In this document: in pieces, positions 1-6,870 of the stretch
Layout of the letters: each line of letters opens with the position of its first letter
Position numbering within the stretch: the stretch's first letter is position 1
Source of the DNA: Gammaproteobacteria bacterium
GTDB lineage: Bacteria; Pseudomonadota; Gammaproteobacteria; Tethybacterales; Persebacteraceae
DNA: 24,000 bases
Assembly (NCBI GenBank): GCA_020027345.1
Contig: JAHRAH010000140.1
Location: 1 to 24,000, forward strand
Direction: 5' to 3'
The notes under the pieces: generated by a model
Databases searched by the model: none
What the model saw: the letters and a program-made list of their open reading frames with translations, nothing else
What the model was told of the DNA's origin: nothing
Position numbers and translations under genes: made by a program

Positions 1-88
1 AAACCATCCCGGACTTCCCGTCCGCCACCAGCAATCCCTCATCGCCCATCTGCTCCTCTCCAAATGCCCGAAAAAAGCTCCACGAAAT

Positions 89-296
89 GTTACTTAACTC
101 TCTCCAGAGGTGTAACGCATCCAAAAATAGCGGGCGTCCCCGCCCGCTCAAACTAACCGTCATTCCCGCACTCCTATTAAAAGGCGGGAATCCAGCAAAT
201 CAACGCATCATCCCCACACCCCCATCAAAAAGCGGGAATCCCCTTTCCGTGTCATTCCCGCACTCTTCCTAAAAGGCGGGAATCCAGCAAATTAAA
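89..296. repeat. Mosaic intergenic repeat, copy A1 (three-hairpin composite with third module duplicated)
   Basis: Closely matches 6716-6826. Contains an imperfect palindrome at 89-116 (GTTAC..AGAGGTGTAAC) and the hairpin AGCGGGCG-TCCC-CGCCCGCT at 129-148. Two copies of GTCATTCCCGC-N14-GCGGGAATCCAGCAAAT follow (ATTCCC..GGGAAT cores at 162-191 and 254-283), plus a GCGGGAAT half-site at 232-239. Confidence 0.8.
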
Positions 297-342
297 AAAA
301 ACCACAACAACCCCCGATAAATTATATTAAAATCCCAAGCAA

Positions 343-1449
343 ATGCTAATCATCAACCACCACAAAACCGCAACCGGAAAAATAATCGCGGAAGCGACCC
401 TTTCGGCGGAAAAATCCTTAAACGCGCTTAATGAAAAAATGGCGCGCGCGCTCCTTTCCGCCGTTGACGAATGGCAAAACGACGACGCCGTCGCGGCGGC
501 GCTCATCAACGGCGCCGGCGAGCGCGCCTTTTGCGCCGGCGGCGATGTGCGCGAGATTTATGCGGCGGTAAAAGCGGGCGACGCCGATGCCGCGGGGCGG
601 TATTTCGCCGCCGAATACGAGACCGACTTTGCCTTGCATTGTTTTTCCAAACCGCTGATATGCTGGGCCGGCGGCATAGTTATGGGCGGCGGCGCGGGGA
701 TTATGCAAGGATGCAATCTGCGCGCGGCGACGGAAACGACGAAGATGGCGATGCCGGAAACGGCAATCGGCGCGCTCCCCGATGTCGGCGCGGCGTATTT
801 TCTGCGCGGCATCTCCGGCGGCGGCGGTTTTTTTCTCGGCGCAAGCGGCGCGCCGGTAAACGGCGAAGAAGCCCGCGCGCTCGGACTCGCCGACACAGTC
901 ATCGCCGCCGCCGCCCGCCCGCAGTTGTTGGATTCCCTGCTCGCCGCAAAATGGCGCGGCGACGCAAACGACGACATAAAAACCGCGCGCGAAGTTTTGC
1001 GCGAACTCGCCCGCAAAAACCCCCCGCCGCAAATGCAAACGCCGATGCTGCGCGCGCAAAAAACAATCGCAAAAATACAAACTGCGGAAGATGCGCTCGC
1101 AATACCGCCAAACTGCGACTTCACAAAACGCGCGGCGAAGCGCCTGCAATCGGCGTCGCCTTCTTCTCTTGCGCTTTGGCAGCGGCATTTTCACTCCCTG
1201 CAAAACGCGACTCTCGCCGAAGTTTTCGCCGCCGAATACAGCGCAATGTGCGCGACAGTCGCAATGGGCGATTTTTGCGAGGGAGTGCGCGCATTGCTAA
1301 TAGAAAAAGACAACGCCCCGAAGTGGATGCACAACTCCCCGGCAACAGTCCCCCAGGAATGGCTCCGCGCCGCCGCCGAATACGACAACAAAAACGCAAA
1401 AGTCCTAACCCAAACCCTAACCCTCCGCGCCCCCGCAAAACACAATTAA
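343..1449 (+). CDS. Enoyl-CoA hydratase/isomerase family protein, 3-hydroxyisobutyryl-CoA hydrolase-like
   Basis: 368-aa ORF starting at ATG 343. Crotonase-fold motifs are visible (ERAFCAGGDV, GGIVMGGGAG, PETAIG), with a long C-terminal domain as in ECH_2-type hydrolases. The TAA stop (1447-1449) lies inside the AATTAAC leader of the downstream repeat. Confidence 0.85.
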   Translation: MLIINHHKTATGKIIAEATLSAEKSLNALNEKMARALLSAVDEWQNDDAVAAALINGAGERAFCAGGDVREIYAAVKAGDADAAGRYFAAEYETDFALHCFSKPLICWAGGIVMGGGAGIMQGCNLRAATETTKMAMPETAIGALPDVGAAYFLRGISGGGGFFLGASGAPVNGEEARALGLADTVIAAAARPQLLDSLLAAKWRGDANDDIKTAREVLRELARKNPPPQMQTPMLRAQKTIAKIQTAEDALAIPPNCDFTKRAAKRLQSASPSSLALWQRHFHSLQNATLAEVFAAEYSAMCATVAMGDFCEGVRALLIEKDNAPKWMHNSPATVPQEWLRAAAEYDNKNAKVLTQTLTLRAPAKHN

Positions 1450-1536
1450 CTATACCCCCCGCCGCGAAGCGGGGGGGGGGGTCGGAGCGTTCCCCGACGA
1501 AAACGTCGTCGGGGAACGCTCCGGGGGGTTGGAGAA
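1444..1536. repeat. Mosaic repeat, copy C1 (AATTAAC leader, C6/G11 hairpin, 17-bp perfect hairpin, G6-TTGGAGAA tail)
   Basis: CCCCCCGC (1455-1462) pairs with GCGGGGGG (1469-1476). CGGAGCGTTCCCCGACG (1483-1499) pairs perfectly with CGTCGGGGAACGCTCCG (1507-1523). It sits between two convergent genes and has the same architecture as 3696-3790. Confidence 0.8.
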
Positions 1537-1578
1537 CGCCCGCAAAATAACAGTTCACCCCGTATAAATAACAGTCCC

Positions 1579-2496
1579 CTATTCCGGTTCTTCGTTTCGG
1601 GTTCTCAGGAATACGGGGAATCTTGGGATTCCGTTTTCGGTAAATCCCTGGTGTTTGTATGTCACCGTCGCGCCGACGGGCGGGGGGTTTTTGCGTTGCG
1701 CGTCCTTTAATCCGCTGCCGATGGAAAACTCTTTTCCGTCGGCGAGGGCGCGGGCGCGCAGCGAGCCGGTCATTCCCGCGTATTTTCCCTTGCCCGGATT
1801 GTGCCCGATGACGACCGCCTCGGCGTCGGCAAACGGTTTATACTTCAACAAATCGTCGCTGCGTCCGACTCGGTGCAAAGATTCAATCCGCCGCAGCATC
1901 AAACCCTCGCCGCCTTCATCAACTATCTTCGCAAACCGCATTTCCAATTCTTCGGAGGAACCGGCCGCTTTTTGTTCAACAACACTCCAATATTTGTTTT
2001 CCGAATCCGCCGCGTATTCTTTCAGTTTTGCGTAACGCTCGCGAAAAACCCCGCCGTGTTCGGGCAAGTCAAAAACCATATACCGAATCTTCCGCCATCC
2101 CTCGTGCGGTTTTTTCCGGCGCACCGTCCCCGATGCGTATTCAAACTTTCCGCGCCCCGCCCAGAGTTCGCCGTCCAGCCGCGCGCCCGGAAAGCCGGCG
2201 GTAAACCATTCCGGCGCCGCAAAAACCTTACCCCCGCGCGAGACCAGCCGGCGACCGTCCCAGAATGCGCGAACGCCGTCGTATTTTTCGCTCACCCAAT
2301 ATTCTTCCAGCACCGCGACACCGTCGGAACGATACTCGCGCGCCAAAGAAAACCCCGGCTTTTGCGCCTTAAGTAAATTAACCCCCGGCTTTGCGACATT
2401 CTCCCCGGCAAAAACAAAACCGCAAACAACCGCCGCCGCGACAACCGCAACAACCCCGCGAGTCATCCCCCGAAAAAACCCCGCGAAAAAAACCAT
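1579..2496 (-). CDS. ATP-dependent DNA ligase, minimal Lig E-type with N-terminal signal peptide
   Basis: 305-aa ORF. The adenylation motif I is present (SEKYDGVR, KxDG lysine), and a C-terminal OB-like region ends in ENGIPRFPVFLR. The N-terminus MTRGVVAVVAAAVVCGFVFAGE looks like a signal peptide. Start is ATG 2496, or ATG 2466 as an alternative. Confidence 0.85.
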   Translation of the reverse strand: MVFFAGFFRGMTRGVVAVVAAAVVCGFVFAGENVAKPGVNLLKAQKPGFSLAREYRSDGVAVLEEYWVSEKYDGVRAFWDGRRLVSRGGKVFAAPEWFTAGFPGARLDGELWAGRGKFEYASGTVRRKKPHEGWRKIRYMVFDLPEHGGVFRERYAKLKEYAADSENKYWSVVEQKAAGSSEELEMRFAKIVDEGGEGLMLRRIESLHRVGRSDDLLKYKPFADAEAVVIGHNPGKGKYAGMTGSLRARALADGKEFSIGSGLKDAQRKNPPPVGATVTYKHQGFTENGIPRFPVFLRTRNEEPE

Positions 2497-2508
2497 CCCC
2501 GCAAAAAA

Positions 2509-2952
2509 TCAATTCAACGAAGCCGGCACCGCAAGCGAAAACATCGGTATTTCCACTTCCAGTTCGCCCGCGTCGTCGCGCCGCATAATGTAGGCGCCGT
2601 TCATTGTCCCCACCGGCGTGGGCATATCCACATAACTCGCGTATTCGTAGCGCGCCCCCGGGCGCAAATACGGCTGCTCGCCCACGACGCCCTCGCCCTT
2701 CACTTCGCGCACCCGGTTGTCGCCGTCCGTTATCGTCCACCGCCGCGAAATCAGCCGCAGCGGAACCTCCCCCAGATTCTCAATCCGTATGTGATACGCA
2801 AACCAAAAATCGTCATCGTCCTCTATCGGCGGCTCCGGCAGGTGTTCCCAGCGCACCCGCACGCAAACCCGCACCCCGTCCTTTTCCGTAACCGCCGACG
2901 CAACCTTGCGCGAAAGTTTTTCCCCCTCGTCCGTCCCGCTCATCTTTTGCAT
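2509..2952 (-). CDS. apaG: ApaG (DUF525) domain protein
   Basis: ApaG-like sequence is visible (FWFAYHIRIENLG...LISRRWTITDG...V.GEGVVGEQP.L.PG..YEY.S). The start is ambiguous among 2982, 2952 and 2943. I chose 2952 to avoid a head-to-head overlap with rpe. It lies 12 nt upstream of the ligase gene on the same strand. Confidence 0.8.
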   Translation of the reverse strand: MQKMSGTDEGEKLSRKVASAVTEKDGVRVCVRVRWEHLPEPPIEDDDDFWFAYHIRIENLGEVPLRLISRRWTITDGDNRVREVKGEGVVGEQPYLRPGARYEYASYVDMPTPVGTMNGAYIMRRDDAGELEVEIPMFSLAVPASLN

Positions 2953-2958
2953 TATAAT
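2953..2958 (+). promoter_or_regulatory. Candidate -10 box (TATAAT) for rpe
   Basis: Perfect TATAAT hexamer 17 nt upstream of the rpe ATG, in the short divergent apaG/rpe region. No convincing -35 was seen. Confidence 0.3.
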
Positions 2959-2975
2959 ACCCCCACCGCGCCCGA

Positions 2976-3647
2976 ATGCCAATCACCGTCGCCGCCAGTT
3001 TGCTCGCCGCGGATTTCGCCCGACTCGGCGAAGAAGCCGCAGCCGCCCTCGCAGCCGGCGCCGACTGGCTGCACCTGGATGTGATGGACAACCACTATGT
3101 CCCCAATCTCACCTTCGGCGCACTCGCCTGCCGCGCCCTGCGCAAGCACCCGCAAACGGCGGACGCCTTTTTGGACGCCCACCTGATGACCGAACCCGTG
3201 GATTCGCTCATCACCCCCTTCGCCGAAGCCGGCGCGAACCGCCTCACCTTCCACCCCGAAGCCAGCCGTCATCCCCACCGCACCGCCGCCGCCATCAACG
3301 CCGCCGGAATGCGATGCGGCATCGCTCTCAACCCGGCGACACCCCTCGCCACTCTCGCGCATCTCCTCCCCCTCGCCGACTTGGTTTTGTTGATGACAGT
3401 CAACCCCGGCTTTGGCGGGCAGCCGTTCATCGCCGACTCCCCCCGCAAAATCCGCGAAACCCGGCAACTGTTGGATTCCACCGGCAACGAAAAAATCCTC
3501 CTCCAAACAGACGGCGGAATCAACCCAAAAACCGCAAAACTCTGCGCCACCGCCGGCGCAAATGTCCTAGTAGCCGGCAACGCCATCTTCGCCGCCCCCA
3601 ACTACCAAACCGCCATAACCTCCCTCCGCCAAGGCGAGAAAGATTAA
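2976..3647 (+). CDS. rpe: Ribulose-phosphate 3-epimerase
   Basis: 223-aa ORF with hallmark Rpe motifs (SLLAADF, LHLDVMDNHYVPNLTFG, DAHLM, MTVNPGFGGQ.F, DGGIN). It is followed by gph, as in many proteobacteria. Confidence 0.93.
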   Translation: MPITVAASLLAADFARLGEEAAAALAAGADWLHLDVMDNHYVPNLTFGALACRALRKHPQTADAFLDAHLMTEPVDSLITPFAEAGANRLTFHPEASRHPHRTAAAINAAGMRCGIALNPATPLATLAHLLPLADLVLLMTVNPGFGGQPFIADSPRKIRETRQLLDSTGNEKILLQTDGGINPKTAKLCATAGANVLVAGNAIFAAPNYQTAITSLRQGEKD

Positions 3648-3695
3648 CAGCCAAGGCAAGAAAGAGTAACGGCAACCGTGTCATCGCCCCTCCCC

Positions 3696-3790
3696 CAACC
3701 TATACCCCCCGCCGCTTGCGGGGGGGGGTCGGAGTTTGTCGTCCGCATCTACGATGCGAACGGCAAACTCCGGGGGGGTGGAGAAGGTGA
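3696..3790. repeat. Mosaic repeat, copy C2
   Basis: The TATACCCCCCGCCGC..GCGGGGGGGG hairpin pairs 3705-3712 with 3718-3725. A long hairpin is closed by CGGAGTTTG (3730-3738) and CAAACTCCG (3764-3772), with a different interior from C1 (CGCATC/GATGCG inner stem). The tail is G7-TGGAGAAGG. Confidence 0.8.
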
Positions 3791-3810
3791 AGAACACCAT
3801 CAGTCAAAAC

Positions 3811-3862
3811 AAACCAACCCCCCCCCATCTCCGATGGGGGGGGGCTGGGGGGGGGAAACCCC
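3811..3862. repeat. Poly-C/poly-G hairpin element, copy B1
   Basis: Layout is C9-ATC (3818-3829), TCC loop, GAT-G9 (3833-3844), CT, G9 (3847-3855), AAA, CCCC. This gives a 12-bp stem. Related copies lie at 6658-6710 and 6871-6922. Confidence 0.85.
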
Positions 3863-4592
3863 AAAAACCAACCCCGCCGCCCTCTTTGACTTAGACGGCA
3901 CCCTAGTCAACACCGCCCCCGACATCCACGCCGCCGCCTCTGCAATGTTAAAAGAGTTATCCCTCCCCTCTCTCCCCTTCGCCGAAGCGCGACAGTTCAT
4001 CGGCGACGGCATCACGCGATTCGTCAAACGCGCGCTCACCCGCCAGTGGTGGGGCGAGCCAACCCCCGAACTCCTAAGCCGCGCCGAAGAGTCCATGCGC
4101 CGACACTACGCCCGCGAATGCGTCGCCCGCCTTTTGTGTTACGACGGCGTCCCCGAAACCCTGCGCGCGCTCAAAGAATCCGGGCTGCCGATGGCATGCG
4201 TCACAAACAAACCCGCCCGCTTTTCGCAGCCCCTCCTCGCCGCTTGCGGATTGAACGAATACTTCGCCGCAGTCGTCAGCGGCGACACCCTCCCCGTCAA
4301 AAAGCCAAACCCCGAACCACTCCTCGCCGCCATAACCACCCTCGGCGCGGACCCCGGTCAAACATGGATGATTGGCGATTCCGCCGCCGACGCCAAAGCC
4401 GCAAGCGCAGCCGGCTGCCGTTTTGCCGTAGTCGCCTACGGTTACCACCGCGCCGGTCAACTCCCCCCGGCGGACGCCGTTTTGCAAACATTCCCCGAAA
4501 CCCTCCCCCTCCTCGCCCCGCAAACCCCCGCCGAAGAAAAGCAAAAAAAACAAAAACAAAAAACGCCGCAAGCCGCCCCGCAAACTGTATAA
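3834..4592 (+). CDS. gph: Phosphoglycolate phosphatase (HAD superfamily)
   Basis: HAD motifs are present: FDLDGTLVNT (motif I), VTNKP (motif II), GDS..D (motif IV). It sits downstream of rpe. The nearest in-frame start before motif I is ATG 3834, inside the B1 hairpin stem. The track ORF starting at 3678 (GTG) reads through repeats C2 and B1 and is not credible. The protein has a low-complexity Lys/Gln-rich C-terminal tail. Confidence 0.8.
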   Translation: MGGGWGGETPKTNPAALFDLDGTLVNTAPDIHAAASAMLKELSLPSLPFAEARQFIGDGITRFVKRALTRQWWGEPTPELLSRAEESMRRHYARECVARLLCYDGVPETLRALKESGLPMACVTNKPARFSQPLLAACGLNEYFAAVVSGDTLPVKKPNPEPLLAAITTLGADPGQTWMIGDSAADAKAASAAGCRFAVVAYGYHRAGQLPPADAVLQTFPETLPLLAPQTPAEEKQKKQKQKTPQAAPQTV

Positions 4593-4593
4593 T
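4588..4593 (+). promoter_or_regulatory. Candidate -10 box (TATAAT) overlapping the gph stop codon
   Basis: Perfect TATAAT 7 nt upstream of the ABC ATPase ATG at 4601. If functional, it would give a leaderless or nearly leaderless transcript. Confidence 0.2.
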
Positions 4594-4600
4594 TAAAAAG

Positions 4601-5341
4601 ATGCAGGCACTGCTCGTCAAGGATTTGCATAAGGCGTATCTTTCCGCCCCCGTCCTGCGCGGGATAGACCTCGCCGTGCAAGCTGGCGACTCTTTCGGCT
4701 TCGCCGGCGCGAACGGCGCCGGAAAAAGCACCCTCCTCAAATGCGTGCTCAACTTCATCCACTACGAGCGCGGCGAAATATCCTTTTTCGGCATCTCCGC
4801 AAAAAACCGCGAGGCGCGCAAGCGCATCGCCTTTTTGCCCGAGCGCTTTATCCCCCCCTACTACCTCAGCGGCGAGCAATTCCTCCGCCTGATGATGAAA
4901 CTGCAGGGCGAAACCTACGCCCGCCCCGCCGCCGAAGAAATGCTCGCCGGGCTGGATTTGGACCTCACCGCCCTCGCAAAATCCGTCCGCTCTTTCTCCA
5001 AGGGTATGACGCAAAAACTCGGGCTCGCCGCCTGCTTTCTCGCCAAGCGCGATTTCTACCTGCTGGACGAACCCATGAGCGGGCTGGACCCGAAAGCCCG
5101 CGCCCTCGTCAAGCGGCAATTTATAAAACTCAAAGAACGCGGCGCCACTTTGTTTTTTACCTCGCACGCCCTCGCCGACATTGACGAAATGTGCGCGCGC
5201 GTCGCCGTCCTCCACGACGGAAGAATATGCTACGACGGCGAACCCGCCGCGATGCGCGCCGCTTTTTCCGGCGCCGAAACGCTGGAAGAAGCGTATCTCC
5301 GCGCCATCGGCGACAAAAACGGAAACGCAAAAAATGATTGA
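4601..5341 (+). CDS. ABC transporter ATP-binding protein (ABC-2/NatA-like), no adjacent permease
   Basis: Walker A GANGAGKST, signature-like FSKGMTQK, Walker B FYLLDEP and H-loop TSHAL are present. ATG at 4601 is in the frame of track ORF 4046-5341. The upstream part of that ORF is an Arg-rich shadow over gph. Confidence 0.85.
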   Translation: MQALLVKDLHKAYLSAPVLRGIDLAVQAGDSFGFAGANGAGKSTLLKCVLNFIHYERGEISFFGISAKNREARKRIAFLPERFIPPYYLSGEQFLRLMMKLQGETYARPAAEEMLAGLDLDLTALAKSVRSFSKGMTQKLGLAACFLAKRDFYLLDEPMSGLDPKARALVKRQFIKLKERGATLFFTSHALADIDEMCARVAVLHDGRICYDGEPAAMRAAFSGAETLEEAYLRAIGDKNGNAKND

Positions 5342-6620
5342 CCCGTCGCTGCTGCGGGGCGACTTCGCGGCGGCGGCAAAAAACTTCGCACGCCGCGGAC
5401 TGCATATATCCGAACGCGAATTCGCCGCCGCCGGCGAACTCCGCAAAAACGCGCAAAACAAATGCGAAACCCTGCGCGCAAAACGCAACGAACTCTCCCG
5501 CGAAATCGGAAAAGCAAAATCCGAAGGCGAAAGCGATGCCGCAAAAAAACTCCTCGCCCAAGCCGCCGCCCTCGGAGACGATTTGCAAAATGCCGAAAAA
5601 GAATTCGCCAAGGCGCGCGGGGACGAAGCGCGCCTGCTCCACGAACTGCCGAATCTTCTGCAGGAGACCGTCCCCGAAGGCGCGACTTCCGAAGACAACA
5701 AAGAACTGCGCCGATGGGGGGGAGCGCCCGTTTTTGATTTCGCCCCCGCCGACCACGCCGAACTCGGCGCCGCTTTGGAAATGATGGATTTCGCCCGCGC
5801 CGCAAAAATGGCATCCGCAAGATTCGTCGCGCTCTCCGGCGAACTCGCGCAAATGCACCGCGCCCTCGCCCAGTGGATGATGGACTTGCATTCGCAAAAG
5901 CATGGTTACCGCGAAGCGTATCTGCCGATGCTCGTCAACCCCCGCGCCGTTTTCGGCGCCGGGCAACTGCCGAAATTCGCAAACGAACTCTTCTTCGCCG
6001 AACGCGATTCGCTCTATCTGATTCCCACCGCCGAAATACCCGCGACAAACTGGGCGCGCGAAAGAATCATCCCCGAAAGCGAACTGCCAATTAAAATTGT
6101 CGCGCACACCCCGTGCTTTCGCCGCGAAGCCGGCGCCCACGGAAAGGACACCCGCGGAATGCTCCGCCAGCACCAGTTTGACAAAGTGGAACTCGTCCAT
6201 ATAACCGCCCCCGAAAACTCCGAAAAAGCGCACGAAGAAATGACCGCACACGCCGAAACCGTTTTGCAGGAACTGCAACTGCCCTACCGCGTAGTCGTCC
6301 TCTGCGCCGGCGACACCGGATTCGCCGCCGCAAAAACTTACGATTTGGAAGTGTGGCTGCCCGGACAAAACACCTACCGCGAAATATCCTCCTGCAGCAA
6401 CTGCGGCGACTTTCAGGCAAGAAGAATGCAAACGCGCGTCAAAAACAAGGACGGAAAAATAAACCTAGTCCACACGCTCAACGGTTCCGGCGTAGCCGTC
6501 GGCCGCGCCCTCATCGCCGTCATGGAAAACCACCAAACCAAAGACGGCAACATAACCGTCCCCAACCCCCTGCGCCCCTACATGCAAAACAAAAAAACAA
6601 TCCCCTCCCCCCCCCAATGA
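5334..6620 (+). CDS. serS: Seryl-tRNA synthetase
   Basis: Starts MIDPSLLRGDF, followed by an N-terminal coiled-coil arm and class II motifs (FRRE.G..G.DTRGM.R.HQF.KVE, GSG.AVGR...A..EN.Q). ATG 5334 overlaps the ABC gene stop by 8 nt (ATGATTGA). Confidence 0.93.
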   Translation: MIDPSLLRGDFAAAAKNFARRGLHISEREFAAAGELRKNAQNKCETLRAKRNELSREIGKAKSEGESDAAKKLLAQAAALGDDLQNAEKEFAKARGDEARLLHELPNLLQETVPEGATSEDNKELRRWGGAPVFDFAPADHAELGAALEMMDFARAAKMASARFVALSGELAQMHRALAQWMMDLHSQKHGYREAYLPMLVNPRAVFGAGQLPKFANELFFAERDSLYLIPTAEIPATNWARERIIPESELPIKIVAHTPCFRREAGAHGKDTRGMLRQHQFDKVELVHITAPENSEKAHEEMTAHAETVLQELQLPYRVVVLCAGDTGFAAAKTYDLEVWLPGQNTYREISSCSNCGDFQARRMQTRVKNKDGKINLVHTLNGSGVAVGRALIAVMENHQTKDGNITVPNPLRPYMQNKKTIPSPPQ

Positions 6621-6657
6621 AAAACAACCCAACCCCCCCTCCATCTTTGATGGAAAA

Positions 6658-6710
6658 CAAATTAACCCCCCCCCCATCTCCGATGGGGGGGGTGGGGGGG
6701 GGGAAACCCC
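6658..6710. repeat. Poly-C/poly-G hairpin element, copy B2 (preceded by degenerate copy at 6628-6657)
   Basis: Layout is CAAATTAAC, C10-ATC (6666-6678), TCC, GAT-G8 (6682-6692), T, G10 (6694-6703), AAA, CCCC. A degenerate copy with the stem TCCATC-TTT-GATGGA lies at 6640-6654. Confidence 0.85.
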
Positions 6711-6715
6711 TCGCT

Positions 6716-6826
6716 CTCGTTACACCTCTCCAGAGGTGTAACGCATCCAACAATAGCGGGCGTCCACGCCCGCTCAAACCAGCGTCATTCCCGCACTCTC
6801 CCAAAAGGCGGGAATCCAGCAAATTA
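6716..6826. repeat. Mosaic intergenic repeat, copy A2 (three-hairpin composite)
   Basis: Perfect palindrome GTTACACCTCT-CC-AGAGGTGTAAC at 6719-6742. Hairpin AGCGGGCG-TCCA-CGCCCGCT at 6755-6774. GTCATTCCCGC-N13-GCGGGAATCCAGCAAATTAA with the core at 6787-6815. Confidence 0.85.
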
Positions 6827-6870
6827 ATTGGAACGGCGGAGACACCGTCCCCCAAAAACAACCCCCAAAA

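Noticed and set aside
1-272. Possible 3' end of an upstream plus-strand CDS, and track ORF 87-272
   Set aside because: Two frames are open at the left edge. Frame 2 stops at 95-97, and frame 3 runs to 272 through the repeat. I cannot decide between them without the upstream sequence. ORF 87-272 is simply a translation of the family A repeat (..VIPALLLKGGNPA..), a classic repeat-derived pseudo-protein.
418-1558. Long antisense and off-frame ORFs over the ech-like gene (418-1203 minus, 471-1550 plus, 558-1124 minus, 1121-1558 minus)
   Set aside because: They have Arg/Gly/Ala/Pro-rich low-complexity translations with no recognisable motifs. They fully overlap a gene with clear crotonase motifs. 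These are typical shadow ORFs of GC-rich DNA.
2906-3790. 294-aa ORF overlapping rpe in another frame
   Set aside because: The product is extremely Arg/Pro-rich (RRRQFARRGFRPTRRRSRSRPRSRRR...). The rpe frame has unmistakable homology.
3678-3833. N-terminal 52-codon extension of gph from GTG 3678
   Set aside because: The extension is a translation of repeats C2 and B1 (..PPAACGGGSEFVV..NPPPSP) and begins only 31 nt after the rpe stop. HAD phosphatases do not need it.
3787-3892. Small ORF starting at GTG 3787, just after the GGAGAAGG tail of repeat C2
   Set aside because: It is out of frame with gph and encodes a Pro/Gly homopolymer-derived peptide through repeat B1. There is no independent support.
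4537-4566. A-run-rich stretch (A8, A5, A6) encoding the EEKQKKQKQK tail of gph, as a possible slippage site
   Set aside because: It lies in a non-conserved C-terminal tail just before the stop. A frameshift there would have little consequence, so it is more likely simple low-complexity drift.
4046-4600. Upstream part of track ORF 4046-5341, and ORFs 4074-4583 minus, 4297-4758 minus, 4457-5701 minus, 5157-6431 minus, 5230-5820 minus
   Set aside because: These are Arg-rich or Gly/Ala-rich shadows overlapping gph, the ABC ATPase and serS. None carries a recognisable domain.
1444-6826. Integron attC interpretation of the variable-centre hairpin repeats (AATTAAC / GTTAC.. ends)
   Set aside because: The ends only loosely resemble RYYYAAC/GTTRRRY. 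The flanking genes are housekeeping genes with their own signals rather than promoterless cassettes, and no intI is present.
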